A DNA stretch of 64,000 nt, from assembly GCA_052143575.1 (NCBI GenBank), contig JBKQSP010000043.1:88921-152920 (forward strand), given 5' to 3'. Every line of letters begins with the position of its first letter. Position 1 is the stretch's first letter. The stretch comes from Acidimicrobiales bacterium. GTDB taxonomy: Bacteria > Actinomycetota > Acidimicrobiia > Acidimicrobiales > Bog-793. A program made the translations under genes and the position numbers. This document shows positions 46,704-57,066 of the stretch, in pieces. Under the pieces are notes generated by a model. The model was not told the origin of the DNA, searched no databases, and was given only the letters and a program-made list of their open reading frames with translations.

Positions 46704-49649
46704 TTAGGGGGCTGCGTCGCCCGCACCCTCCGTCGCGGTCGTGACGGGCGTCGCCTTGCTCACCGCGGCCTTGGCGGCCTTCCTCGCCGCCGTCTTCCCG
46801 GCCGCCGACTTCGAAGCGGGCGTCTTCGCAACTGCCTTTTGGGCGACGCCGGCCTTCTTGGTGGCGGCCTTCTTGGTGGCGGCCTTCTTGGTAGCGGCTC
46901 TCTTCGCAGGCACCTTCTTGGCCGCCGACTTCCTGGCGACGCCGGCCTTCTTGGCACCCCGCCGCCCCCCGCGTGCCGACGGCCCCGCCTCCCGCCGGGC
47001 GGCGATGAGCTCGGCCGCCCGCTCCGGCGTGATCGTGTCGGGGTCGTCCGCCCGCCGCAGCGAGGCGTTCACGGTCCCGTCCGTCACATAAGGCCCGAAG
47101 CGCCCGGAGCGCAGCACGATCTGCCCGCCGCTCACGGGATCGGCGCCGAGCTCGCGAAGCGGTACGGCCGTCACGCCGAAGCGGCGCTGCTTCGGCTGCG
47201 AGAAGCGGGCGACTGCCTCGTCGAGGGTCACCGTGAAGAGCTGGTCCTCGTTGTCGAGTGATCGCGTGTCGGCTCCCTTTTCGAGGTACGGCCCGTAGCG
47301 GCCGCTCTTGGCCACGATCTCGTCCCCGGAGGACGGGTCGAGGCCGACGAGGCGAGGGAGCTCGAGGAGCCGGAGGGCATCGTCGAGCGTGAGGGTCTCG
47401 AGCGACATCGAAGAGAAGAGCGAGGCCGTTCGCAACGGCCTGCCACCGTCCTCAACCCCGCCGAGCTGCACATAGGGGCCGTAGCGGCCCGCCCGCGCCA
47501 GCACGGGCTCCCCCGTGCGCGGGTCCGTACCGATGACACGGTCACCGGAGGGCTTCGAGAGCAGCTCGAGGGCGCGCTCGACGGTGAGCTCGTCGGGTGC
47601 GAGATCCTCCGGCACGGCGGCGCGCGTCTCGCCTCGCTGCAGGTACGGGCCATAGCGACCGACCCGCACGACGATCTCCTCACCGTCGGGGTCGGCGCCG
47701 ATGGTGATCGAGTTGACGTCGCGGGCGTCGATCTCCGCCAGGTGGACAAGGACGGCGTCCTTCAGACCCCGGGTGCCGTCCACGGCGAGCGCATGACGAG
47801 GCTGGCGCGAGGCCCCGCCGTCGTCCGGCCGCGGCACGTGGTGCGACTCCCCGAAGTAGAAGCGCTCGAGCCAGGGCACGCTTTCCTCCGCACCAGAGGC
47901 GATCTCGTCGAGGTCGTCCTCCATGGAGGCCGTGAAGCCATAGTCGACGAGGCTCGGGAAGTGCCGCTCCATCAAGTTCACGACGGCGAAGGCCGTGAAG
48001 GACGGAACGAGTGCCGTGCCCTTGCGCCACACGTAGTTCCGGTCCTGGATCGTCTGCAGGATGCTGGCGTAGGTCGACGGCCGCCCGACGCCGAGCTCCT
48101 CGAGGCGCCGGACGAGCGACGCTTCGGTGTAGCGGGCCGGCGGCCGCGTGTCGTGGCTCTCGGTCGTGAGGGAGTCGCACTCGACGGGCTGCCCGGCCTG
48201 AAGCCGCGGCAGGCGGGCGTCCTCGTCCCTCGTCCTTGTGTCATCGCCGTCGTCGTCGTCCTCGCGGTACACCTGTAAAAAGCCGGGCACCGTGATGACC
48301 GTGCCCGTCGCCAGCATCCCGGCGACGGTGCCTGCCACCACCGGAGCGGCCGCCCCCACCGGAGGAGGCGACTCCGCCCGCGTCGTCGCTTCGAGCCGGA
48401 CGCGGGCCGTCGTTCCCGTGGCGTCGACCATCTGCGAGGCGACGGTGCGCTGCCACACGAGCTCGTACAGGTGCAGTTCGTCCCCCGACAGCTCGCGGGC
48501 CACGGCGGACGGCTGCCGGAAACGGTCGCCGGCCGGGCGGATGGCCTCATGGGCCTCCTGGGCGTTCTTCACCTTGTTGCGGTATGTGCGAGGCGCAGGG
48601 GGAACCGAGGAGGGGCCGTAGAGCGACGTCGCCTGCTGGCGCGCCGCCTGCACGGCCGTGTCCGACAGGGTCGTCGAATCGGTTCGCATGTAGGTGATGT
48701 AGCCGCGCTCGTAGAGCGCCTGGGCGAGACGCATGGTCCGCTGCGCCGAATAGCGGAGCTTGCGGGCGGCCTCCTGCTGCAGCGTCGAGGTCATGAACGG
48801 TGCAGCCGGGGACCGGCGGTAGGGACGCTCCTCGACGGAGACGACGGCGAAGTCGGCGTCCTGCAGGGCAGCCGCCAGACCGGCGGCCGCCGGCTCGTCG
48901 AGCAGGACGAGATCCCCCGGGTTGGAGAGGCGACCGTCGGAGCCGAAGTCGTCGCCCGTGGCGACGTCACGAGCGCCCACGTCGACGAGGCGGGCGGCAA
49001 AGCCTTGCCCGCCGGCGGCGAAGGCACCCACGATCCCCCACCACGAGGCCGAGCGGAACGCCATGCGCTCCCGCTCGCGCTCCACGACGATCCTCGTCGC
49101 CACGCTCTGCACGCGGCCGGCCGACAGGCCCGTTGCGACCTTCTTCCAGAGCACCGGCGACACTTCGTAGCCGTAGAGGCGGTCGAGGATGCGCCGTGCC
49201 TCCTGCGCATCGACGAGGCGCCGGTCGAGCTCGTGCGGGCTGGCGATGGCCGCCTGAATGGCGGCCGGCGTGATCTCGTGGAACACCATGCGATGAACCG
49301 GCACACGCGGTGACAGCACCTCGACGAGGTGCCACGCGATCGACTCCCCTTCACGGTCACCGTCTGTGGCGAGATAGAGCTCGCTCGCATCGCCGAGCAG
49401 GCGCTTCAGCTTGGCGACCTGCTCGCGGCGCTCCTTCGAGACGACGTAGAGCGCCTTGAAGTCGTTGTCGACGTCGACGCCGAGACGCGCCCACGGCTCG
49501 CCCTTGAAGGCGGCCGGCACGTCGGAGGCATTGCGCGGCAGGTCGCGGATGTGCCCGATGGAGGACTCGACGACGTAGTCGCGCCCGAGGTAGCCGGCAA
49601 TGGTCTTCGCCTTCGCCGGCGACTCGACGATGACGAGTGGTTTGGCCAT
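46704..49649 (-). CDS. topA: DNA topoisomerase I
   Basis: LVIVESPAKAKT, SAGRVQS, YITYMRTDS, four GR(Y/F)GPY C-terminal repeats and a Lys/Ala-rich tail. Confidence 0.97.
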   Translation of the reverse strand: MAKPLVIVESPAKAKTIAGYLGRDYVVESSIGHIRDLPRNASDVPAAFKGEPWARLGVDVDNDFKALYVVSKERREQVAKLKRLLGDASELYLATDGDREGESIAWHLVEVLSPRVPVHRMVFHEITPAAIQAAIASPHELDRRLVDAQEARRILDRLYGYEVSPVLWKKVATGLSAGRVQSVATRIVVERERERMAFRSASWWGIVGAFAAGGQGFAARLVDVGARDVATGDDFGSDGRLSNPGDLVLLDEPAAAGLAAALQDADFAVVSVEERPYRRSPAAPFMTSTLQQEAARKLRYSAQRTMRLAQALYERGYITYMRTDSTTLSDTAVQAARQQATSLYGPSSVPPAPRTYRNKVKNAQEAHEAIRPAGDRFRQPSAVARELSGDELHLYELVWQRTVASQMVDATGTTARVRLEATTRAESPPPVGAAAPVVAGTVAGMLATGTVITVPGFLQVYREDDDDGDDTRTRDEDARLPRLQAGQPVECDSLTTESHDTRPPARYTEASLVRRLEELGVGRPSTYASILQTIQDRNYVWRKGTALVPSFTAFAVVNLMERHFPSLVDYGFTASMEDDLDEIASGAEESVPWLERFYFGESHHVPRPDDGGASRQPRHALAVDGTRGLKDAVLVHLAEIDARDVNSITIGADPDGEEIVVRVGRYGPYLQRGETRAAVPEDLAPDELTVERALELLSKPSGDRVIGTDPRTGEPVLARAGRYGPYVQLGGVEDGGRPLRTASLFSSMSLETLTLDDALRLLELPRLVGLDPSSGDEIVAKSGRYGPYLEKGADTRSLDNEDQLFTVTLDEAVARFSQPKQRRFGVTAVPLRELGADPVSGGQIVLRSGRFGPYVTDGTVNASLRRADDPDTITPERAAELIAARREAGPSARGGRRGAKKAGVARKSAAKKVPAKRAATKKAATKKAATKKAGVAQKAVAKTPASKSAAGKTAARKAAKAAVSKATPVTTATEGAGDAAP
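46851..46895. repeat. 15-bp tandem repeat x3 encoding ATKKA in the TopA tail
   Basis: ggccttcttggtggc x2 followed by ggccttcttggtagc. Confidence 0.85.
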
Positions 49650-49679
49650 GGGAGGCCGAGGATACGTGGCCGCAGGGCC

Positions 49680-52004
49680 CTAGGCGGTCACCGCCGCCTT
49701 CGCCTCGGCCTCCGCTGTGGTGTCATCAGTCATCGAACCGGTCGAGCGCTTCGAGAACAAAATGGCACCGAGCAGGACGACAAGGGCGATAGCGGCGATG
49801 GCGTACCGAGCCCCGGCGTGGTGTTGCAACGTGATGACCGCCGGCAGGATCAGGAGCGACACGAGGTTCATGACCTTGATGAGCGGGTTGAGCGCCGGGC
49901 CGGCCGTGTCCTTGAAGGGGTCACCGACGGTGTCACCGATGACGGCCGCCTTGTGGGAGTCCGAGCCCTTGCCCCCGAAGAAGCCGTCTTCGATGTGCTT
50001 CTTGGCGTTGTCCCAGGCGCCGCCCGAGTTGGAGAGGAAGTTCGCCATCAGCTGACCGGTGAGGATCGTGCCGGTCAGGAAGGCACCGAGGGCGAGGTAG
50101 CTGATGCCGAACCCGACGATGACGGGTGAGAGCACGGCGAGCAGGGCCGGCGTTGCGAGCTCACGCTGGGCGGCGGCCGTGCAGATGGAGATGACGTTGC
50201 CGTATTCGGGCTTCTCTGTGTAGTCCATGATGCCCGGGTGCTCGCGGAACTGCCGCCGCACCTCGTGCACGACAGTGCCCGCCGAGCGCCCGACGGCGCG
50301 GATGGCCAGCGACGAGAACAGGAAGGCGATGGAGCCGCCGATGAGCAAGCCGATGAAGATCGTCGGGTTGGCGACGTTGATCTGGGTGAGGGGCGCCTTG
50401 AAGAGGGCGTCTCCGGTGATGTTCTTGAGGGCGGGGAGCTGGTTGCCGATCGTCTCGATGAACGACGAGAACAGCGCCACCGAGGCGATGACGGCCGATC
50501 CGATGGCGACACCCTTCGTGATGGCCTTTGTCGTGTTGCCGACGGCGTCGAGCTTCACCATGACGCGCTCGGCCTCGCCGGTGAACTCGCCGGACATCTC
50601 GGCAACACCGGCGGCGTTGTCGGAGACGGGCCCGAAGGAGTCCTCCGAGATGATCATGCCCGTCGTGGACAGCATGCCGATGCCGACGAGGGCGACGAGG
50701 TAGAGCGACACGGTGAGCTTGCCGCTGCCGAGGGCGACGGCCGAGGCGATGGCGATAGCGATGGCGATGATCGCCCACACGCTCGACTCGAGGCCGATGC
50801 TGATGCCCGCCAGCACGGTCGTGGCCGGCCCCGTACGCGTCGACTCGGCGATCTCCTTCACCGGTGGCAGCTCCGTCGAGGTGAAGTACTCCGTGATGAG
50901 GCTCGCCACGTTCGCCAGCACGACACCGATCAGGACGGCCCAGAAGACCTTCAGGTCGTGGATGTAGAACTGGGCGACCAGGAAGGCGCCCACGAGCGTG
51001 AGCACTGCTGAGCTGCGAAAGCCCCGGTTGATGGGCGCCATGGCGCTCTTGTCCTTCTCGCGGGCCTTGACGAGGAAGATGCCCACGACGGAGGTGAGGA
51101 TGCCGATCCCGGCGACGATGAGCGGGTAGAGCAGGCCACGGGCCGGGTTGAGGCCGAGCGTCTTGAAGGCCTCGTAGCCGAGGATGAGCGAGGCGATGAT
51201 CGTGATCTCGTAGGACTCGAAGAGGTCGGCGGCCATGCCGGCACAGTCGCCGACGTTGTCACCGACGTTGTCGGCAATGGTGGCGGCGTTGCGAGGGTCG
51301 TCCTCCGGGATGCCGGCTTCGACCTTGCCGACGAGGTCGGCGCCCACGTCGGCGGCCTTGGTGAAGATGCCGCCGCCGACTCGCATGAACAAGGCGATGA
51401 GGGACGCCCCGAAGCCGAATCCGACGAGGACGGCCGTCGCCGAGTTCTGGAAGATGAACACGATCGTCGTGGCCCCGATGAGGCCGAGGCCGACGCAGAG
51501 CAGGCCGGTGACACCGCCCGTGCGGAACGCCACCTTGAGGGCCGGCGCCAACTGGCCGTCTCGGGCGGCGGCCGCCGTGCGGACGTTGCCCCGCACGGCC
51601 AGGCTCATCCCGATGACGCCGGTGGTGCCGGAGAAGAGCGCCCCGCAGAGGAAGGCGATGGCGCGGGCGAGCCCGGACTGCACAAAGGTGAGTGCGACGT
51701 GGCCGTTCGGCTCGACGACTTTGGTGGCCGTGAAGAAGACGAGGACGCCGAGCGGTACGACGATGATGGCGATCGTCCGGAACTGGCGCTTGAGGAAGGC
51801 TTCAGCGCCTTCTTGGATGGCGGCGGCGATCTCGCGCATCTTGGCCGTGCCGGTATCGGCCGCCACGACGCCACGCACGAGGTAGATCGCTACAAGAATT
51901 GCCACGAGGCCGGTCGCGAGGGCGAAGAGTAGCCATCCGCGTTCGGCCCCACCGAGCGTGAAGGCCTGGTAGCCACCACTGCTCGCGAGGAGGTGGGGAG
52001 TCAC
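49680..52004 (-). CDS. hppA: Membrane H+-translocating pyrophosphatase, K+-independent type
   Basis: DVGADLVGKVE, DNVGDNVGD, GNTTKA and GDTVGDPFKD. Confidence 0.95.
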   Translation of the reverse strand: MTPHLLASSGGYQAFTLGGAERGWLLFALATGLVAILVAIYLVRGVVAADTGTAKMREIAAAIQEGAEAFLKRQFRTIAIIVVPLGVLVFFTATKVVEPNGHVALTFVQSGLARAIAFLCGALFSGTTGVIGMSLAVRGNVRTAAAARDGQLAPALKVAFRTGGVTGLLCVGLGLIGATTIVFIFQNSATAVLVGFGFGASLIALFMRVGGGIFTKAADVGADLVGKVEAGIPEDDPRNAATIADNVGDNVGDCAGMAADLFESYEITIIASLILGYEAFKTLGLNPARGLLYPLIVAGIGILTSVVGIFLVKAREKDKSAMAPINRGFRSSAVLTLVGAFLVAQFYIHDLKVFWAVLIGVVLANVASLITEYFTSTELPPVKEIAESTRTGPATTVLAGISIGLESSVWAIIAIAIAIASAVALGSGKLTVSLYLVALVGIGMLSTTGMIISEDSFGPVSDNAAGVAEMSGEFTGEAERVMVKLDAVGNTTKAITKGVAIGSAVIASVALFSSFIETIGNQLPALKNITGDALFKAPLTQINVANPTIFIGLLIGGSIAFLFSSLAIRAVGRSAGTVVHEVRRQFREHPGIMDYTEKPEYGNVISICTAAAQRELATPALLAVLSPVIVGFGISYLALGAFLTGTILTGQLMANFLSNSGGAWDNAKKHIEDGFFGGKGSDSHKAAVIGDTVGDPFKDTAGPALNPLIKVMNLVSLLILPAVITLQHHAGARYAIAAIALVVLLGAILFSKRSTGSMTDDTTAEAEAKAAVTA

Positions 52005-52198
52005 CGCTAGCTCCTTTGCTGAGGTCGGGGGGCAGGATAAACGCTGGGCACGGCTCGTTCAAACTTGCCCTTCCGACAACGGCCGCCATCAGCGGCCTCC
52101 GAGAGGGGTCCGGATCTCCGATCCGGGTGTTGGCGAGCGACACTTCCGGTCCGAGACCGCAGCCAGAACGTAACCGGTCCGGCGCCGGCCTCAGGCGC

Positions 52199-54685
52199 TC
52201 AGTGTCGCGGCGGCACGTGCGGCTGGGCGGGAGGTTGCTCGCGCGCCTCAGAGGTGCGCAGGATCGTGAAGAGCGGGTTGACCATGACGATGCGTCTCCC
52301 CCGCTCGCCGACCATGCCCTCCACGACGAGTTTCGAGCCCGGCTCGATACCCGGGACGCGGCGCCGGCCCTGGAATACGAGCATGAGCTGCCCGGTCGGG
52401 TCGGCGATCGTGCACTCCACGCTCGGGACACCGGCTCCCGCCTGCACCCGGACCGAGCGAACGCGGCCCGAGACACGCGCCCGCTGTCGTGGGCGCAACT
52501 CGTGGATCGGCGTCGTGCCGGGAACGGCGTCCGGCACCTCCGAAGGATGAGGGCCGCGGCCCTCGCCGTGTCCCCGCGCCGTCGAGGCTAAGGGGGTGCC
52601 GTCGGGGGCGGTGCCGGCCGCCAGGCCCCAGGGGTGGATCGGGGTACGCGAGCGTCGGTGCCCGCCGGCCAGGTCGTGGGCGTGCGGCGGGAGCGGTCGG
52701 TCGATGCCGCCGGCGCTCCAGGGCACGAGCGACTTGCGACGGTTGCCGAGCGGGAAGGGGATGATGGTGGCATTGGCGTTGGGAAGCTGGCTGACGTAGG
52801 CGGAGATGTGGTCGGCCGTGCGGTCGTGGAGGACGCGCTGCCAGTAGCTCTCGAAGCCTCGCCTCGGCAGGATGACGCTCACCTCCGTCTGACCGTCCTC
52901 GGCCGCCTCGGCGACGAGCTCCATGGCGGCGCGCTCCAGGCGCCGGTCGGGGCACTCCACGATGTCAAGCGGGAAGCGGTTGAGCCCGAGGCGGCTCCAC
53001 TCGTCCTCGAGCTCGCGGGCGACGGCCGTGTCGAGCACGAAGTGGACGGCGCGCAGCTCGTCGGGCGACAACGTGCGGGCGTATTGCAGGGCGCGTGCGG
53101 TGGCGAGGTCGAGGCGCTCCACGAGCACGATGACGACGTGGCGGCGCAGCACGGGGGCGATGGCGGCCTTGGGGGCGTTCTCTGCCAGCTCGGCCGTCTC
53201 CTCGGTGTACTGCTTGTGGAGGCGGATGAGCACCCAGACGAGGATGGGGAAGAGGACGACGACAAGCCAGGCGCCCTGTGTGAACTTCGTGACCGCGAAG
53301 ATGACAACCACGATGGCCGAGAGCACGGCGGCGAAACCATTGATGCACATCTTGTGCCGCCACCCTTGCTGGCGGTAGGTCAGATGGTGCTTCACCATGC
53401 CCGAGCCGGCCATGGTGAAGCCGGTGAACACGCCGATGGCATAGAGGGCCACCAGCGAGGTCAGATCGGCCCTCGTGACGACGATGAGGGCGATGGAGAG
53501 GACGGCGAGGATGATGATGCCGTTCGAGAAGACGAGCCGGTGACCTCGTCTCGTGAGCCGTCTCGGCAAAAAGGCGTCCTGGGCGACGAAGCTCGTCAGG
53601 TTCGGGAAACCGTTGAAGCTCGTGTTCCCGCCGGTGTACAGGATCAGCATCGTCGTCGCCTGCACGGCGTAGTAGCCGACCCGTCCCGCCAGGGCGTGCC
53701 CGAACACGTACCTCGCCTCCTGCGACAACACGGTTGGCGTGCCGTGCAGGTAGGGCACTGCGTGGGTCACGTGGGCGAGGTAGGAGACACCAAGAACGAG
53801 GGAGCCGAGGGTGCACGACATGAGGACGAGCACGCGGCGGGCGTTTCGACCCGTCGGTTCCCTGAAGTTGGCAACGCCGTTCGAGATCGCCTCGAGGCCA
53901 GTGAGCGACGAGCCACCGTTTGCGAACGCCCGCAGCATGGCGAAGACCGATGCAAAGACCAAGAGGGAGGCCGAGCCGTGAGGTCCGATAGCGACGACGC
54001 CGCGCTGGTCGATCGCATGTGCGTGCAACTGCCCGAGGAGCGCCCGCACGACCCCGATGACGACGAGGGTGCCGATCGAAGCGATGAACAGGTACGTCGG
54101 CAGAGCGAAGGACTTGCCCGCTTCTCGGATGCCGCGGAGGTTCCCGTAGGTGAGCAGGATGACGACGCCGACGGTGATCGCCACCGACGCGCCGGCCAGC
54201 GACGGAAACGCCGACGTGAGAGCGTCCGTGCCGGCCACGGTCTGCACAGCCACGGTGAGGATGTAGTCGATGATGAGCGCAACGGCGGCCACCTGAGCGA
54301 TGCGAGGGCCGAAGTTGTCGCGGGCCACGACATAGGAACCGCCTGCCTTCGTGTACACCATGACGACCTCGCGATATGACAGCGTCACGAAGAAGAGAAC
54401 CGTCAGGATGGCGAAGGTGATCGGCAGCAACAGGCTGAAGGCTGCGAGGCCGAAGTACGGGATGAGCTGGTTGAGCATCTCCTCGCTGCCGTAGGCCGTA
54501 GACGAGATGCAATCAGGGGCGAGCACACCGAGAGCCAGCACTTTGCTGAGCCGCTCCTCGGAGAGACGCTCGGTGATGAGCGGCTCGCCGAGGAGCCGCT
54601 TCTTGAGCCGGTACGAGAAGGACTCCGGCAGCACATAGGCGACCGCCCCCGGAGCATCGGGACGTTGCGGGGGCGGCAGGCTCAC
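52199..54685 (-). CDS. APC-family (KimA-like) permease with fused C-terminal OB-fold domain
   Basis: DCISSTAYGSEE, GGSYVVA, LTGLEAISNGV, LYAIGVF and LHDRTA; OB-fold tail TPIHELRPRQRARVSGRV...VNPLF. Confidence 0.85.
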   Translation of the reverse strand: MSLPPPQRPDAPGAVAYVLPESFSYRLKKRLLGEPLITERLSEERLSKVLALGVLAPDCISSTAYGSEEMLNQLIPYFGLAAFSLLLPITFAILTVLFFVTLSYREVVMVYTKAGGSYVVARDNFGPRIAQVAAVALIIDYILTVAVQTVAGTDALTSAFPSLAGASVAITVGVVILLTYGNLRGIREAGKSFALPTYLFIASIGTLVVIGVVRALLGQLHAHAIDQRGVVAIGPHGSASLLVFASVFAMLRAFANGGSSLTGLEAISNGVANFREPTGRNARRVLVLMSCTLGSLVLGVSYLAHVTHAVPYLHGTPTVLSQEARYVFGHALAGRVGYYAVQATTMLILYTGGNTSFNGFPNLTSFVAQDAFLPRRLTRRGHRLVFSNGIIILAVLSIALIVVTRADLTSLVALYAIGVFTGFTMAGSGMVKHHLTYRQQGWRHKMCINGFAAVLSAIVVVIFAVTKFTQGAWLVVVLFPILVWVLIRLHKQYTEETAELAENAPKAAIAPVLRRHVVIVLVERLDLATARALQYARTLSPDELRAVHFVLDTAVARELEDEWSRLGLNRFPLDIVECPDRRLERAAMELVAEAAEDGQTEVSVILPRRGFESYWQRVLHDRTADHISAYVSQLPNANATIIPFPLGNRRKSLVPWSAGGIDRPLPPHAHDLAGGHRRSRTPIHPWGLAAGTAPDGTPLASTARGHGEGRGPHPSEVPDAVPGTTPIHELRPRQRARVSGRVRSVRVQAGAGVPSVECTIADPTGQLMLVFQGRRRVPGIEPGSKLVVEGMVGERGRRIVMVNPLFTILRTSEAREQPPAQPHVPPRH

Positions 54686-54765
54686 GCGGCTATCTTGGCC
54701 TGCTCCGTGCCCTGTCCGCCTGCCGGCTCTCGATTGGCTTGTCTGCCGGCACCCGATCCGGAAGG

Positions 54766-55446
54766 ATGAAGGCGATGCACGTCATCATCGTCGGCTGCGG
54801 CCGAGTCGGTTCCGGGCTGGCCGCCGGGCTGACGCGAGAGGGCCACAGCGTCGCCATCATCGACAAGAACGCCGGGGCGTTCCGCCGCTTGGCGTGGGGC
54901 TTCGACGGGCAGAAGGTCGTCGGTTTCGGGTTCGACCGCACGCACCTCGAGTTGGCGGGGGCGCAGCGAGCCGACGCCTTGGCGGCCGTGACGAGCGGCG
55001 ACAACTCCAACATCCTCACGGCCCGCATCGCCCGGGAGACCTACGAGATCCCGAATGTCGTCGCCCGCATCTACGATCCGCGGCGGGCGGAGATCTTCCA
55101 ACGACTCGGCATCCCGACCGTGCCGAGCGTGAGCTGGACGATCGAGCAGGTCTTCCGGCGCATCCTGCCGAGCACCCAGTCCTTCGTGTGGTCGGACGGG
55201 AGCGGCCACCTCCATCTCCTCGAGCGCCCTCTTCCCTTCTCCTGGGCGGGCTCGCGCATCACCGAGGTGCTGCCGAGCGAGGGCGTCCGCCTCATTGCGG
55301 TCACGCGTGCGTCCGTTCCGACACTCGAGGTGGCCGATCTCGTCGGCCAGGAGGGCGACATGTTGCATGTCATGGTCTCGAGCGAGGCCGTCGAGGCGCT
55401 GCAGGCCCGCTTCCTCGCCGCCGACGAGGCGGCTGCCCGCCCATGA
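54766..55446 (+). CDS. trkA: TrkA family potassium uptake protein (CeoB-like)
   Basis: IVGCGRVG RCK motif, GDNSNI and VVARIYDP. Confidence 0.9.
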   Translation: MKAMHVIIVGCGRVGSGLAAGLTREGHSVAIIDKNAGAFRRLAWGFDGQKVVGFGFDRTHLELAGAQRADALAAVTSGDNSNILTARIARETYEIPNVVARIYDPRRAEIFQRLGIPTVPSVSWTIEQVFRRILPSTQSFVWSDGSGHLHLLERPLPFSWAGSRITEVLPSEGVRLIAVTRASVPTLEVADLVGQEGDMLHVMVSSEAVEALQARFLAADEAAARP

Positions 55447-56111
55447 GGGTGGCCGTTGCGGGAGCCGGGAAGGTGGGGCGTTTCCTCGCCGAGGATCTCG
55501 CCAGCAGCGGGCACCAGGTGCTGTTGCTCGAAAAGGACCCCGTCCTCGCCGCCGCCATCGAGCCTCCGGCCGGAGTCACCTGCGTGGCGGCCGATGCCTG
55601 TGAGGTCTCCTCGCTGCACTCCGCCCACCTCGACGACGTCGACGTCATGGTGGCGGTGACGGGCGACGACGAGGACAACCTCGTCATCTCCTTGCTCGCC
55701 AAGCAGGAGTTCGCCGTGCCCCGCGTGATCGCTCGCGTCAACCACCCCCGCAACCACTGGCTGTTCAACGAAGCCTGGGGCGTCGACGTCGCCGTGTCGA
55801 CGCCGCAGCTGCTGGCCGGGCTCGTGGAGGAGGCGGTCTCGGTCGGTGTGCTCGTGCGGCTCCTGCAGTTCGAGGGCGGCAACACCCGGCTCGTGGAGGT
55901 GACCCTGGCGGAAGAGTCGCCGGCGCGCGGCCAGGCCGTCGGCGACCTCGGCCTGCCCCGCGGCGCCACGATCGTCGCCCTCGTGCGCGACGGACACGTC
56001 GTCGTGCCGCGTTCGGACACCATCCTCGACACCGGCGACGAGGTGCTCCTGCTGGCGAGCGCCACCATCGACGACAACGAGATCAGGGATCTCCTGGCCA
56101 CGGGCTCGTGA
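55443..56111 (+). CDS. trkA: TrkA family potassium uptake protein (CeoC-like)
   Basis: AGAGKVG, TGDDEDNLV and WGVDVAVSTP; TrkA_C domain. Confidence 0.9.
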   Translation: MRVAVAGAGKVGRFLAEDLASSGHQVLLLEKDPVLAAAIEPPAGVTCVAADACEVSSLHSAHLDDVDVMVAVTGDDEDNLVISLLAKQEFAVPRVIARVNHPRNHWLFNEAWGVDVAVSTPQLLAGLVEEAVSVGVLVRLLQFEGGNTRLVEVTLAEESPARGQAVGDLGLPRGATIVALVRDGHVVVPRSDTILDTGDEVLLLASATIDDNEIRDLLATGS

Positions 56112-56965
56112 CGACCAAACAGACGAAGCAAGCCGCCTTCTTCGATCTCGACAAGACCGTCATCGCCAAGGCCTCCATGGTCGCTTTCGGCCGCCCCCTC
56201 TACCACGGCGGTCTCATCAACCGGCGGACGGTGCTACGGGCGCTCTACGGGCAGCTCGTCTACCTGCATCTCGGCGCCAGCGAGCAGAAGCTCGAGCGCA
56301 TCCGTGAGTCCGTCCTCCGCCTCACCCGCGGGTGGGAGCAGGCGCGGGTGGCCGAGATCGTCGAGGAGGCACTCGAACAGATCGTCGACCCGATCATCTA
56401 CGCCGAGGCGGCCGACTTGATCGACCTGCATCGCGCCGCCGGGCGCAGTGTCGTGCTGGTGTCGGCCTCTCCGGCCGAGATCGTCGTCCCCCTCGGCCGC
56501 TACCTCGGCGCGGACGCCACCATCGCCAGCCGCGCCCGCGTGGACGAAGCCGGGCGCTACACGGGGACGATGGAGTTCTACGCCTACGGGGAGTACAAGG
56601 CGGAGGCGATGCGCTCCTTGGCCGAACGTGACGGGATCGACCTGTCGGAGTCGTATGCCTACAGCGACTCCTACACCGACCTACCGATGCTGGAGGCGGT
56701 CGGGCATCCCGTGGCGGTCAACCCTGACCGGGTGCTGGCGCGCTTCGCCCGCGAGCACAGCTACGAGATCACCCGCTTCGTGCAGCCCGTGCGCCTGCGC
56801 GATCGCGTGAGGGACGTGCGGCACCGCATCTCTTCTGTCTCGGTTCCGGCACCACGGCCCGCCATCGCCGTATCGGCGGCGGCCGTCGGGGTGGGCGTCG
56901 GCGCGTTCGTGCTCGGCTGGTGGCTCGGCGGCAGGCGACGGCGCCCCGTCGGCGAGGCGCCCTGA
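56108..56965 (+). CDS. HAD-IB family hydrolase with C-terminal membrane anchor
   Basis: AAFFDLDKT, VSAS and AYSDSYTDLPML..VGHP.AVNPD. Confidence 0.88.
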   Translation: MTTKQTKQAAFFDLDKTVIAKASMVAFGRPLYHGGLINRRTVLRALYGQLVYLHLGASEQKLERIRESVLRLTRGWEQARVAEIVEEALEQIVDPIIYAEAADLIDLHRAAGRSVVLVSASPAEIVVPLGRYLGADATIASRARVDEAGRYTGTMEFYAYGEYKAEAMRSLAERDGIDLSESYAYSDSYTDLPMLEAVGHPVAVNPDRVLARFAREHSYEITRFVQPVRLRDRVRDVRHRISSVSVPAPRPAIAVSAAAVGVGVGAFVLGWWLGGRRRRPVGEAP

Positions 56966-56988
56966 TCGGCGCCGCCGGCTACGACGGC

Positions 56989-57066
56989 TCAGTTACCGCG
57001 TAGGCGCTTGGCGGCAACGGCCCCGAGGGCGACGAGCAGGGCCAAGATGAGCACCTTCTTGATCAT
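56989..57066 (-). CDS. Small single-helix membrane peptide (25 aa)
   Basis: MIKKVLILALLVALGAVAAKRLRGN*, mostly GC3-rich codons; alternative start at 57078. Confidence 0.55.
   Translation of the reverse strand: MIKKVLILALLVALGAVAAKRLRGN

Noticed and set aside
46704-46960. Lys/Ala repeat tail of TopA as a novelty
   Set aside because: A well-known feature of actinobacterial TopA.
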